Origin: Thermodesulfobacteriota bacterium
GTDB lineage: Bacteria > Desulfobacterota_D > UBA1144 > Nemesobacterales > Mycalebacteriaceae
Length of the DNA: 64,000 nt
Reading direction: 5' to 3'
NCBI GenBank assembly: GCA_965198945.1
Contig: CBDAQI010000013.1
Span: 62,428 to 126,427, forward strand
Below, piece after piece: positions 34,201 through 43,800 of the stretch. The notes under the pieces are model-generated. The model saw nothing but the letters and a program-made list of their open reading frames with translations, had not been told where the DNA came from and made no database searches. Every line of letters starts with the position of its first letter. Positions within the stretch are counted from its first letter, which is position 1. The translations under genes and the position numbers were made by a program.

Positions 34201-34751
34201 TTTTCAAGGGAGCATTTGACTCCTCTGGTTGATATAAACGCCTTTTATGAAAAAAACGGGTTGTCCATAAAAGTCAGTCTTTACGGAGAAGCAAACGATC
34301 TTAAGCTTCGGCTCTCAAGTGTTCCGCCATGAAACAGGATGAGATACTTCTTGCAATTCTCAGAGAGAAAAATGAAGACCAAAACAGCACTTCCGATATT
34401 TTTGAAGAAGTCAGAGACGGACAGGCCGGAAACGATTTCACTATCGGTTACGTTGCGGACGAGCTTTTTTCTTCGGTTTTTGAAGACAGTGAGTTCGCAG
34501 ACTTGGTGGATGTTTTCAAGGTTCAATCGGACGGCGGGGATGTGATTGATTCCAAAATTGAGGTTGGGACTTTTGTTACGGAAGATCTCTACTTTTCATA
34601 TGAGCGTGTCAATGAGTCTTTGCCTATCAGCGCCTCCTACAGAAACAGGTTCACCGCGCAATATCGCCTCACTCCTAATTTCACGCTGGAGGGAGTTGCA
34701 GGGGGCATTACACCGGGAGCAAATCTGCTTTTCAATATTGATTTCAAATAA
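31250..34751 (+). CDS. TamB/AsmA-like translocation-and-assembly-module protein with DUF490 C-terminus. It appears split into three ORFs by two homopolymer deletions.
   Basis: N-terminal TM anchor, then a long beta-rich body. The 31250 frame switches to the 33448-ORF frame in the GGGG run at 33268-33271. The DUF490 motif …LRLSSVPP | MKQDEILLAIL… is contiguous at the protein level but the two pieces overlap as CCATGA at 34327-34332. Confidence 0.7.
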
Positions 34752-34761
34752 CACTTTTCTT

Positions 34762-35613
34762 TCAATATAACAAGGCAAATACGTAGAAGATTGGCAAAAC
34801 GAATATCATTCCGTCAAAGCGGTCAAAGAAACCGCCATGTCCCGGCAGCATGGTGCCGGAATCTTTTACTTTGGAATTTCTTTTGATTGCTGATTCAGTC
34901 AGGTCGCCAATGGTTGAGGCGAGTCCCGTGAGCAGCCCCAGAAAAGAGGCGAGCGGAACTGACAACGGGGAGCCGAAAACCATGTTAACCAGAGGGCCGG
35001 CAGCCGTCGCGGCCACCAGTCCCGCAACCCCGCCTTCAAATGTCTTGCCCGGACTTATTCGTGGGGCTATCCTGATACTGCCTTTCCATTTGCCTATATA
35101 ATAAGCCGCCGAGTCGTTCACTGATGCGCATACAAAAGCCATGGCGACAAGAAAAAACCCGGTCTCATTTTTGACAAAAGCAGCCGGCGTACCGCTTAAC
35201 TCCATTGCGGAATCCATGTTCCTTAAAAGCACCGCCGAACCGGTCATGATTCCGAGAAGTGTTACAAAGACAAGGCACATACCCACTTCGTTTAAATATC
35301 CCGATATGTTTTCTTTTCCCCTTAAAATATGAATTGCAAAAATCCCCGTAAGCGCAATGTAAAAAGCAATCAGAAAATATTCCACCCCCGCATAAGCGCC
35401 GGCAATTATCAGCAAAATACATACCATAAGAAACTCTCTTCCCACACTCAGCCCCCTGGGGGTTAGAAGTCTGTAAAGTTCTCTGCCGGCGGCGAGAGAA
35501 ATCGCACATATAAGAAAAAGAAAATAAACCCCTCCAAGATAGGAGAGAATCGCTATCAGAAAAACCAGCACTGAGGCGGTCAATATTCTTTTCCGGTTAT
35601 TTCCTTGTGGCAT
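34762..35613 (-). CDS. cdsA: Phosphatidate cytidylyltransferase
   Basis: 283 aa multi-TM protein. C-terminal CdsA signature (…SKVKDSGTMLPGHGGFFDRFD…). Confidence 0.85.
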   Translation of the reverse strand: MPQGNNRKRILTASVLVFLIAILSYLGGVYFLFLICAISLAAGRELYRLLTPRGLSVGREFLMVCILLIIAGAYAGVEYFLIAFYIALTGIFAIHILRGKENISGYLNEVGMCLVFVTLLGIMTGSAVLLRNMDSAMELSGTPAAFVKNETGFFLVAMAFVCASVNDSAAYYIGKWKGSIRIAPRISPGKTFEGGVAGLVAATAAGPLVNMVFGSPLSVPLASFLGLLTGLASTIGDLTESAIKRNSKVKDSGTMLPGHGGFFDRFDGMIFVLPIFYVFALLY

Positions 35614-35622
35614 TTTTTAATC

Positions 35623-36462
35623 TTACTGTGTTTTCCGTCTGATTTCTTTGAGATTTTTCACATCCCGGGCGCTTTTCTGCGGAGGGGTTTCAACTATAAA
35701 GTCAATGTGCCTGAAAGCTTCATGTGAAAACAGAGGTTGAAAGCCCTGCTTTCCTATTTTACCCAAACCTATGTGTTCGTGGCGGTCTTTGCGGGAACCG
35801 AGTCCGACTTTTGAGTCATTACAGTGTATGAGTCTTATTCTTTCGGTGGGGAACGCCACTGTAATATTCTCAACGGTTTTTTCAAACCCTTCAAAAGTTC
35901 TGATTTCATAGCCTGCGCCGAAAAGATGAGCGGTGTCAAGACAAACCCCCAGTGCCGGGCTTGTTTTATCAAGGATTTCCGCGATTTCCTCAAATGATTT
36001 TCCCAGAGTGGCTCCCTGCCCCGCCGAGTTTTCAATCAGAAGTTTTGTTTGCAGACCTGCGGTTCTTTCCAGAATTTCATTTAGTGAAATCGCCGCTTTT
36101 GTTATTGCCTCATGCCTTTTTGCTCCGGAAGCGGTCCCTATGTGTGTTACGGCGCAGGCCGCGCCTATAAGGTCTGAACGTTTCAAATCTTCAACTATCA
36201 TATTCACTGATTTTTCTCTGATTTGTTTTTCCGGAGATGCAAGATTGATAATGTATGGCGTGTGAACGTAATAGTTCCGGAGTCCGAGTTTACGGCAGTC
36301 CGATGTGAATCTTTGGGCGGTTGCGACTTCAATTTCAGGCGCTTTTCCCCCTCTCGGTGAACGTGTGAAAATTTGAAAGCATTCGCACCCCTTTCCCGCG
36401 GCCCGGTGCGGCGCTTTTTCAATTCCTCCCGCAATTGATATGTGGCAGCCTATTTTCATCAT
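35623..36462 (-). CDS. nfo: Endonuclease IV (AP endonuclease family 2)
   Basis: 279 aa TIM-barrel xylose-isomerase-like fold with Nfo metal-binding His/Asp/Glu motifs. Confidence 0.85.
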   Translation of the reverse strand: MMKIGCHISIAGGIEKAPHRAAGKGCECFQIFTRSPRGGKAPEIEVATAQRFTSDCRKLGLRNYYVHTPYIINLASPEKQIREKSVNMIVEDLKRSDLIGAACAVTHIGTASGAKRHEAITKAAISLNEILERTAGLQTKLLIENSAGQGATLGKSFEEIAEILDKTSPALGVCLDTAHLFGAGYEIRTFEGFEKTVENITVAFPTERIRLIHCNDSKVGLGSRKDRHEHIGLGKIGKQGFQPLFSHEAFRHIDFIVETPPQKSARDVKNLKEIRRKTQ

Positions 36463-36471
36463 TTCTGCTTA

Positions 36472-36500
36472 TTGACAATACACATTCCCGCATATATATA
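36472..36500 (+). promoter_or_regulatory. Sigma70-like promoter for pdaD: TTGACA, 17 nt, TATATA
   Basis: Read directly: TTGACAatacacattcccgcataTATATA about 35 nt upstream of the ATG. Confidence 0.4.
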
Positions 36501-36532
36501 AACGCCTCTGTTCTTCCCGGAGGTTATGTTTA

Positions 36533-37093
36533 ATGGTTCCAACTACGGCTTTTGTTACAAAAGGGGTCGGCAAAAGCAGAGAAAAGCTTGCCAGTTTTGA
36601 GATGGCTCTTCGTGACGCCAAAATTGCTCAGTTCAACCTTGTTAAAGTTTCCAGCATCTTTCCGCCCTATTGTTCACTCGTCCCGCGCTCAAAAGGCGTG
36701 GGTCTTCTCTCTCCCGGACAGGTCGTTCACGTTGTGATGAGTGAAAACTCAACTGATGAGCCTAACAGACTCCTTGCCGCTTCCGCAGGCATTGCCATAC
36801 CGAGAGAAAAAAACAGATTCGGTTATATCTCCGAGCATCACAGTTTCGGGCAGAAAAAATCCCAGGCCGGAGAATACGCCGAGGACCTCGCGGCCTATAT
36901 GCTCGCAACCACTCTGGGAGCGCCCTTCAATGTGGATAAAAGCTACGATGAGCAGAAAGATATTTGGGAGATAAGCGGGCATACGGTCAAAACTCAAAAC
37001 ATAACCCAGACCGCTTTCGGTGATAAAAACGGGCTTTGGACAACCGTGCTCGCCGCGGTCGTTTTCTCTTCCTATTCGCCCGTAAATGTGTAG
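36533..37093 (+). CDS. pdaD: Pyruvoyl-dependent arginine decarboxylase
   Basis: 186 aa. PdaD family N-terminus (…FVTKGVGKS…), with the Ser of the pyruvoyl-forming self-cleavage site region. Confidence 0.8.
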   Translation: MVPTTAFVTKGVGKSREKLASFEMALRDAKIAQFNLVKVSSIFPPYCSLVPRSKGVGLLSPGQVVHVVMSENSTDEPNRLLAASAGIAIPREKNRFGYISEHHSFGQKKSQAGEYAEDLAAYMLATTLGAPFNVDKSYDEQKDIWEISGHTVKTQNITQTAFGDKNGLWTTVLAAVVFSSYSPVNV

Positions 37094-37096
37094 GGG

Positions 37097-38368
37097 TTAT
37101 TTCCGTATCTGTCCGTCGCCTCTGACTATAAATTTTTCAGAAGTGAGTTCCTCAAGCCCCATAGGGCCAAAAGCATGAATTTTTGTTGTGCTGATTCCGA
37201 TTTCCGCCCCCATGCCGAGTTCAAAGCCGTCATTAAAACGTGTTGAAGCGTTGTGAATTACGGCGGAAGATTCCACCCCGCGCAGGAACCGCCGCGCGTT
37301 TTGATCATCTTCGGTTATGATTGAATCCGTATGCATTGAGCCGTATTTTTCTATATGTTCCATTGCTTCCTCAACACTTTTTACAACCCGTACTCCAAGG
37401 ACGAGAGCCAGGTGCTCCGTTGCCCAGTCATCATCAGAAGCGGGCTCAGCCTCGGGAATAAAAGAGAGAGTTTGCGGGCATCCCTTTATGGCAACGCCGT
37501 TTTTTTTCATTTCCGCCATGACAGCGGGCAGAAAAGCGGCGGCGGCTTTTTCATGCACGAGCATTGTTTCCATTGCGTTGCAAACCCCGGGACGCTGAAC
37601 TTTGGCGTTGACACAAATGTCAACAGCCATGCCAGTTTTCGCGGACTCATCCACAAATATATGACAGACTCCTTTGTAGTGTTTCAAAACCGGTATTGAA
37701 GAGTTCTCGGCAACAAACCTTATAAGCCGCTCACCGCCTCTGGGAATGATGAGATCTATGAATTCGTCAAGTTTGAGCATTTCCAGAATCAGACTTCTGT
37801 TCGCGTCCGGAACCACATTTACGGCTCCGGGATTTACACCTGAGTCTGACAGGCAGTCACTTATAATTCGGCCGATTGCCATATTTGACCGCAGAGATTC
37901 CGATCCTCCCCTCAGGATGACAGCATTGCCTGATTTCAGACAAAGAGCGGCCGCGTCCGCGGTGACATTCGGTCTTGACTCATAAATTATTCCAATCACC
38001 CCAAGGGGAATTCTCATTTTTTCAACGACAAGTCCGTTGGGTCTTTTCCGGAACGGAGTGATTTTCCCGACCGGATCTTCAAGTTCACAAACCTCAACAA
38101 TGCCGTGCGACATGGACTCAACGGCTTTGTTGTCAAGAACAAGCCTGTCAATAAAAGCGGCCGGCATATCCTTTTTTTCCGCTTCCGAAATATCTTTGCG
38201 GTTTTCTTCAAATATCTCATCCCGTCTTTTCAGCAAACCTGAAGCAACGGCTTTGAGCGCTTTGTTTTTTATTGACGGATCAAGAGCTGACAACTCCGGA
38301 GCGGCTCTCCGGGCTTGCGTTGCAATTTTTTCCATAACTGAAGGGGTTTTGATTATTTTCTCTGACAT
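37097..38368 (-). CDS. proA: Gamma-glutamyl phosphate reductase
   Basis: 423 aa. Aldehyde-dehydrogenase-like fold with ProA motifs (…IPLGVIGIIYESRPNVT…, catalytic Cys region …GVCNAMETMLVH…). Confidence 0.9.
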   Translation of the reverse strand: MSEKIIKTPSVMEKIATQARRAAPELSALDPSIKNKALKAVASGLLKRRDEIFEENRKDISEAEKKDMPAAFIDRLVLDNKAVESMSHGIVEVCELEDPVGKITPFRKRPNGLVVEKMRIPLGVIGIIYESRPNVTADAAALCLKSGNAVILRGGSESLRSNMAIGRIISDCLSDSGVNPGAVNVVPDANRSLILEMLKLDEFIDLIIPRGGERLIRFVAENSSIPVLKHYKGVCHIFVDESAKTGMAVDICVNAKVQRPGVCNAMETMLVHEKAAAAFLPAVMAEMKKNGVAIKGCPQTLSFIPEAEPASDDDWATEHLALVLGVRVVKSVEEAMEHIEKYGSMHTDSIITEDDQNARRFLRGVESSAVIHNASTRFNDGFELGMGAEIGISTTKIHAFGPMGLEELTSEKFIVRGDGQIRK

Positions 38369-38496
38369 TTGTCTAAAGCAGTATGCGGGATTTTACAAAC
38401 GGAAACGCGCCCGGAATATTCCGGAAAACGCATAATAACCTAACGCCTTGCCGGAAAAACCCCTTCGGGCCGGTCGGAAGACCGGTTTTGTTTGAT

Positions 38497-39087
38497 TCAA
38501 ATCCTGTCTTTGAGAAATTCACAAACCTTCTCGGCGGACTGTTCCGGGTTTTCCCTGTCAGTGTCTATTATCAGTTCGGGATTTGAGGGCTCTTCGTAAG
38601 GGTCGTCAATTCCGGTAAAACCTTTTATTTCTCCCGCTCTGGCTTTTTTATAGAGGCCTTTAACATCTCTTTTTTCACACTCTTCAACCGGGCAGCGGAC
38701 AAAAACTTCAATGAATTCGTTTTCTTCAACCAACTCTCTGACCCTGTCTCTGTCTTTTCTGTAAGGGGAAACAAATGCGGAAAGTGTCACCACCCCGGCG
38801 TCAACAAAGAGCTTGGAAACTTCTCCTATTCTCCTTATGTTTTCTGCGCGGTCTTCCTCGGAAAAACCCAGTCCTTTGCACAGGCCCATTCTGATATTGT
38901 CCCCGTCAAGTATGTAGGTTTTCACTCCTTTTCCCATCAGTTTTTTCTGGACTTCGCCCGCAATGGTTGATTTTCCCGAAGACGGGAGACCCGTGAACCA
39001 GACTATAACGGAGCCGTGTCCGTTGGCCTTTCTTCTGTCATTTTTTGTTACGGAATGTTCGTGGGGGATTATAAATCTTTTTTCCAA
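38497..39087 (-). CDS. cysC: Adenylylsulfate (APS) kinase. TTG start 7 nt after AAGGAG.
   Basis: P-loop WFTGLPSSGKST and the rest of the APS-kinase fold. The ORF-track N-terminal extension has no conservation. The TTG start at 39087 gives the canonical N-terminus MEKRFIIPHEHSV…. Confidence 0.85.
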   Translation of the reverse strand: MEKRFIIPHEHSVTKNDRRKANGHGSVIVWFTGLPSSGKSTIAGEVQKKLMGKGVKTYILDGDNIRMGLCKGLGFSEEDRAENIRRIGEVSKLFVDAGVVTLSAFVSPYRKDRDRVRELVEENEFIEVFVRCPVEECEKRDVKGLYKKARAGEIKGFTGIDDPYEEPSNPELIIDTDRENPEQSAEKVCEFLKDRI

Positions 39088-39232
39088 TTTTGAACTCCTT
39101 ATAAATATAAAGGTCTCAATCCTACAACCGCCGCTGTTTTCAGTCAAGCGGGAGCAACGGGGGCGCATTTGACAGTTCGGTTCCGGGTTAAGATAATATG
39201 CCCGAATTTCTTTATCTTAATTTCAATAAGGA

Positions 39233-39655
39233 GTGCAAATGGAACATACACTGTCAATAGTAAAACCGGACGGAACATCAAAAAACATTGTGGGTAAAGT
39301 TCTGGGAATGTTTGAAGAAAAAGGCGTTTCAATCGCCGCCTTGAAGATGATACGGATGACCAGACGGCAGGCGGAAGGTTTTTATGCCGAACATTCCGAG
39401 CGTCCGTTTTTCTCAAGTTTGACCGATTTTATGTCATCGGGGCCTTGTGTTGTTATGGTCCTCCGGGGTGACGGCGCAATAAAAAAAGTGAGGGAAATTA
39501 TGGGGGCGACCGATCCCGCAAAGGCTTCGGAGGGAACAATAAGGAAACTTTACGCTGAAAGCGTTGAAAGAAATGTGGTTCACGGCTCTGACAGCCCCGA
39601 ATCCGCGGTGAGGGAAATAAGTTATTTTTTCAGCTCGGTTGAAATCCCACAGTGA
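39233..39655 (+). CDS. ndk: Nucleoside diphosphate kinase
   Basis: 140 aa. NDK active-site His region (…NVVHGSDS…). Confidence 0.9.
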   Translation: MQMEHTLSIVKPDGTSKNIVGKVLGMFEEKGVSIAALKMIRMTRRQAEGFYAEHSERPFFSSLTDFMSSGPCVVMVLRGDGAIKKVREIMGATDPAKASEGTIRKLYAESVERNVVHGSDSPESAVREISYFFSSVEIPQ

Positions 39656-39672
39656 TTTATTAGAGGAAGGCA

Positions 39673-40691
39673 TTGAAATTGAGTTCTGAGGCTTCTCTCC
39701 AAACCCCCGTCCTTCTTGTCAGAGGCGGCCAGGCTCTTCTGGCGGACAGGTTTGTGAAAGAAGTTTCAAAACGTTTTCTCGGTGATGAGGATTCGGGTGA
39801 AGTCTCAGTTTTTTACGCCGATGAAACATCGGTGCGTGAAGTTATTGCCAATGCGTCCCAATCTGCCGATGTTTTCCTCAAAAAAAGTGGTTGTGCTGAA
39901 ACGCGCGGAAATCCTTGACAAAAATTCAATTGAACTTGTAAATCGGTATTCTCTTTCCCGGTCTTTGCATACCCGTCTTATTCTTGTTTCCGGTGAATCT
40001 TCAAAACCGAACATGAAATTGACTCAAGGCATATTTATTAAAGATGTCGGGCGGAGTTCAAAAAAAGATTCATGAAAAAGCCCTTGAAGAGGCGGACAAA
40101 ATGGGGCTTGTTATGGAAACTTCAGCGGCAAAATATCTGTGCGCTCTGGCGGGAGAAGATTTGAGTGTGATAACAAACGAGCTTGCCAAACTAACTGAAA
40201 TACAGTCTCCGGGGGTCCGCATAAAACGGGCGGATATTGACCAAATGCTGGAACGGCGCAAATCAAGGGATATTTTTGAATTTACAAACGCCATTGTTGA
40301 CGGTGAAAAAGATCAGGCGCTTGCAATACTTGCTGAAATAGCTTCACAGAGCCGGATAGAGCCTCTTTTTATACTGTCAACACTTTCATCAAGGATAAGG
40401 AATGTGCTAAGAGCGGTTGAGATAAGAGAAAATTACAAACTCTCTTCGGCGGAAGAACAAAAAAAAATAATAGCGGAAAAATTGAAAATAAAATCCGGAG
40501 CCGCCCATTTTATATGGAAGCAGTCGCACAATTTCGCGCAAAACCAAACCGGGCTGTTTGTGAGAACTCTTGCCGAAACCGACAGAGCTCTGAAAACTTC
40601 GTCTTCACGGGGCTATGAAACGCTTGCGCGGATGACGGTCAATTTGCTTGCGGGGAGGTGGCGGGCACACCACCGTTTTCCTGTGAAATAG
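39673..40691 (+). CDS. holA: DNA polymerase III delta subunit, read across two +1 frameshifts at A7 runs
   Basis: Three consecutive ORFs (39673, 39782, 40044) in three frames. Removing one A from AAAAAAA at 39880-39886 gives …SADVFLKKVVVLKRAEIL…. Removing one A from AAAAAAA at 40060-40066 gives …GRSSKKIHEKALEEADKMGL… The result is a contiguous HolA-like protein. Confidence 0.75.
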
Positions 40692-40968
40692 GAGCCCCGG
40701 AGGAGGAAAGCAGATGGAGTTTACGCGACATTTTTGCCACATTTCTTGAAGCATTTTTCTTGTGAATTACGCCTTTTGAAGCCGCCTTGTCAAAAGCGGA
40801 CACCAGTGTTCTGAAAATTGAACCGGCGGCGGAAGCGTCTTTGGCTTCAATCGCTTCAAGAAAGTTTTTTGTTTTTGTTCTGAGAGATGATTTGACAAAT
40901 CTGTTTCTGGTTCTTCTCTTCAGACTCTGTCTGTGTTTTTTCTTAGCTGATTTAATACGCAACGCCAT
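40639..40968 (-). CDS. rpsT: 30S ribosomal protein S20. Start at the internal Met, MALRIKSAKKK.
   Basis: S20 N-terminal signature …SAKKKHRQSLKRR… with a C-terminal extension. Confidence 0.75.
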   Translation of the reverse strand: MALRIKSAKKKHRQSLKRRTRNRFVKSSLRTKTKNFLEAIEAKDASAAGSIFRTLVSAFDKAASKGVIHKKNASRNVAKMSRKLHLLSSSGAPISQENGGVPATSPQAN

Positions 40969-41088
40969 GGCGAAAACTCCGATTCGTAAACCCCGCACAG
41001 TATGCTCTTGCAAAAGCGCTTTGTCAAGAAAACCCGGAAACTTTAAGCCGGGCGATTGTGTGGTAGAATCTGCTCGGGAGAAAATCCG

Positions 41089-41736
41089 ATGAAAATTTTT
41101 CTTGATTCCGCAAGTATAAAAGAGATCAAACACGCTTCCTCTCTGGGAGTTATAGACGGCGTTACCACAAATCCGAGTCTTGTTTCAAATGAGGGGGCGC
41201 AAAAATCTTTCGCTGATTTGGTTAAAGAAATATGCGGTATTGTCAAAGGCCCGGTGAGCGCCGAGGTCATATCAACCGATTACCGTAAAATGGTTGATGA
41301 GGCGCGTTCGCTTGCAAAAATAGACGAATTTGTAGTTGTAAAAATGCCGCTGACCGAAAACGGCATAAAAGCCACAAAAACCGTTTCTTCCGAAGGAATC
41401 AGTGTAAACGTAACACTTGTTTTTACGGCTTCTCAGGCATTGCTTGCGGCAAAAGCCGGAGCCGCCTATGTGAGCCCTTTCATAGGAAGGCTGGATGATG
41501 TTTCCACTTCGGGCATGGATTTGGCCGCAGATATTTCCCGGATATTTGCGAACTACGATTTTCAAACCGAAGTGCTTGTTGCAAGTGTGCGCCATCCGAT
41601 GCATGTTGTTGAATCCGCCCTTGCGGCCGCAGATGTGGTTACCCTTCCCTACAAAGTCTTGATGCAGATGTTTAAGCATCCTCTTTCAGATGCGGGTCTT
41701 GAGAGATTTCTTGCCGATTGGAAAAAGAAAAAATAA
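41089..41736 (+). CDS. tal: Transaldolase / fructose-6-phosphate aldolase family (short TalC/FSA type)
   Basis: Starts MKIFLDSASIKEI…GVTTNPSL. Catalytic Lys region …VVKMPLTENG…. Confidence 0.85.
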   Translation: MKIFLDSASIKEIKHASSLGVIDGVTTNPSLVSNEGAQKSFADLVKEICGIVKGPVSAEVISTDYRKMVDEARSLAKIDEFVVVKMPLTENGIKATKTVSSEGISVNVTLVFTASQALLAAKAGAAYVSPFIGRLDDVSTSGMDLAADISRIFANYDFQTEVLVASVRHPMHVVESALAAADVVTLPYKVLMQMFKHPLSDAGLERFLADWKKKK

Positions 41737-41745
41737 TGCTTTCAT

Positions 41746-42642
41746 TCAGACGGTGCGTTCGCAGAGCATTAGAGCAACGTCTTCGAGTTTTTGCTTGTCT
41801 CCATCAAAATCTTCCAGTTCTCTGAGTGATTTTTCTGTGAGTTTGCGGACTTTTTTTCTCGCATCTGTCCGTCTTTGCGTTTCCGGTGAATCAATAATGT
41901 CATCCAGCGTCTGAAAAGCCAGTCCGACCTCTCCTGCGTATTTTGCGAGCGGCTTGATCCGTTCGCCGTCCGCTCCGCCCGCGATGGCACCGCACTTGAC
42001 CGCCGCTTCAATAAGCGCGGCGGTTTTGAGAGAATGTATTGCGGAAATCTTCCATTTTTTCTCGCCCCTTTCATGTTCCAAATCCATCATTTGTCCGACC
42101 GCCATGCCCTCTTTCCCGGCGGCTGAGGAAATGACACAGACCATTTCAACCAGAGCCCGATCGGGAATTTTGACCGTCCTTCCCTCAAATGTGAGAAATC
42201 CGAAAGAATCTGCCAGCAAAAGGTCGCCCGCGAGAATCGCTTTCGTTTCCCCGAACAGCTTGTGGGTTGAAGGCAATCCCCTTCTTGTGCTGTCATCGTC
42301 CATTGACGGGAGATCGTCGTGAATCAGTGAGTAGGTGTGAATCATCTCTATTGCGCAGGCGGCCGGCATTGCAAGTCTCGTGTCTCCGCCGACTGACTCG
42401 CATGCGGCGAAACAAAGAGCGGGTCTGATTTTTTTCCCGCTTCCAAGCGTGTGCGCAACCGCATCGGCAAGTCCCGGATGTTTCCGTCTCACTGAGAGCA
42501 CATATTTTTCAAGATGCCTGACAACCCTCTTTCCGCTGTCTTGTATGTATTTTTTGGTTTCGGAGAAGTCCCGTTCATGAAAGTGATTTTTCTTCAGGGT
42601 CTTTTTCTCCAAGGATCTCAATTTTCTTCTCAGTTTCTTCAA
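41746..42642 (-). CDS. ispA: Polyprenyl diphosphate synthase (FPP/GGPP synthase)
   Basis: First and second Asp-rich motifs, LIHDDLPSMDDD and FQTLDDIID. Confidence 0.85.
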   Translation of the reverse strand: MKKLRRKLRSLEKKTLKKNHFHERDFSETKKYIQDSGKRVVRHLEKYVLSVRRKHPGLADAVAHTLGSGKKIRPALCFAACESVGGDTRLAMPAACAIEMIHTYSLIHDDLPSMDDDSTRRGLPSTHKLFGETKAILAGDLLLADSFGFLTFEGRTVKIPDRALVEMVCVISSAAGKEGMAVGQMMDLEHERGEKKWKISAIHSLKTAALIEAAVKCGAIAGGADGERIKPLAKYAGEVGLAFQTLDDIIDSPETQRRTDARKKVRKLTEKSLRELEDFDGDKQKLEDVALMLCERTV

Positions 42643-42775
42643 GCGTCAGCCGGCACTCATTTATAAGTTTTATTCCCGTTTCAAATTTCTGTATCATTTT
42701 TTCAAGGGGTATGTCGCCGTTTTCAAGAAGGTCTGAGATTTCTTTTATCTTTTCAATCTTTTTTTCAAAAGACAT
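42575..42775 (-). CDS. xseB: Exodeoxyribonuclease VII small subunit
   Basis: 66 aa. XseB helical hairpin sequence (…LENGDIPLEKMIQKFETGIKLINEC…). Canonical xseB-ispA arrangement. Confidence 0.85.
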   Translation of the reverse strand: MSFEKKIEKIKEISDLLENGDIPLEKMIQKFETGIKLINECRLTLEETEKKIEILGEKDPEEKSLS

Positions 42776-42780
42776 TGTTT

Positions 42781-42857
<77 letters not shown>

Positions 42858-42894
42858 ATAGAATGCAGAGATTCTACACATTAGTTTGCTCCGG

Positions 42895-43800
42895 TCAATT
42901 GCCCGGGCGGGCTTTTGACATGATTTTTTCAGCAATTTCAGCCCCGTTTCGGGCACGGCATTTTTCACGGGTTTCAATTTTCTCTCTGTAGATTTGCCCG
43001 TCTTCAACCGAAGCCATTAAGGCAAATATTTCAGTCCCGTTCTCGTTTTCACGCGCATAACACCCGGCGGGAATCCGGCAGTTTCCTCCCAGCCTGTGAA
43101 GGAACGACCTTTCAATCTCGGCACATCTGCGCGACTGTGCGCACTCAATTTCTTTCATTAAATCTATGGTCTCGGTGTCTTTCTCTCTGCACTCAAGCGC
43201 CAGAGCGCCCTGTCCCGGAGCCGGGACAAAATCTGCGGGGTTGAACTTTTGCATGTTTCTGTTTTCTATTTTCAGCCTGCCAAGCGCCGCACAAGCAAGT
43301 ATAATAGCGTCAAAATGTCCCGAGTCCATTTTCGCTATCCTTGTCCCTATGTTGCCGCGCACAGGCTCAACGGAAACATCCGGGCGCATTGCAAGAATCT
43401 GAAAACTTCGCCTGAGACTTCCGGTTCCTATCTTTGCTCCTTTTTTCAAAGACTCAAGGCATGCCCCTTTCTGTGTTTCGGGGAATACAATGCAGTCGGA
43501 CGGGTCGTTCCTTTGCGGAACACAGCCGACAATCAGCCCGTCCGGCAGAACTGACGGCAGGTCTTTCATGCTATGGACGGCAATGTCTATTGAACCGCAA
43601 AGAAGCGCTTCTTCAATTTCTTTAACAAAGACGCCCTTGCCTCCGGAATCTGAAATCCAGTTTTCCTGTGAATCTCCTGAAGTTTTTATAAAAACCAATT
43701 CCGTTTGAATTTCCGGGAATTTTCCCTCAAGAAGTTTTTTCACTTCAGAGGTTTGGGTTTTGGCGAGCGGGCTACCCCTGCTTCCGATTCTTATTCTCAT
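42895..43800 (-). CDS. hemC: Porphobilinogen deaminase. Start likely at the internal Met, MRIRIGSRGS.
   Basis: HemC N-terminal motif …RIGSRGSPLAKTQ… and dipyrromethane cofactor Cys region. Confidence 0.9.
   Translation of the reverse strand: MRIRIGSRGSPLAKTQTSEVKKLLEGKFPEIQTELVFIKTSGDSQENWISDSGGKGVFVKEIEEALLCGSIDIAVHSMKDLPSVLPDGLIVGCVPQRNDPSDCIVFPETQKGACLESLKKGAKIGTGSLRRSFQILAMRPDVSVEPVRGNIGTRIAKMDSGHFDAIILACAALGRLKIENRNMQKFNPADFVPAPGQGALALECREKDTETIDLMKEIECAQSRRCAEIERSFLHRLGGNCRIPAGCYARENENGTEIFALMASVEDGQIYREKIETREKCRARNGAEIAEKIMSKARPGN

Noticed and set aside
34327-34332. Genuine ATGA stop/start translational coupling between two separate tamB-like genes
   Set aside because: Kept only as an alternative. 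The junction bisects the conserved DUF490 motif (LSS.PP | .QDEIL), and the contig shows several other 1-bp homopolymer indels.
38440-38480. Rho-independent terminator between proA and cysC
   Set aside because: The hairpin CCGGTC-GGAA-GACCGG followed by TTTTGTTTG is on the plus strand, while both flanking genes are on the minus strand. The minus-strand version (CCC-GAA-GGG plus T5) is too weak to call.
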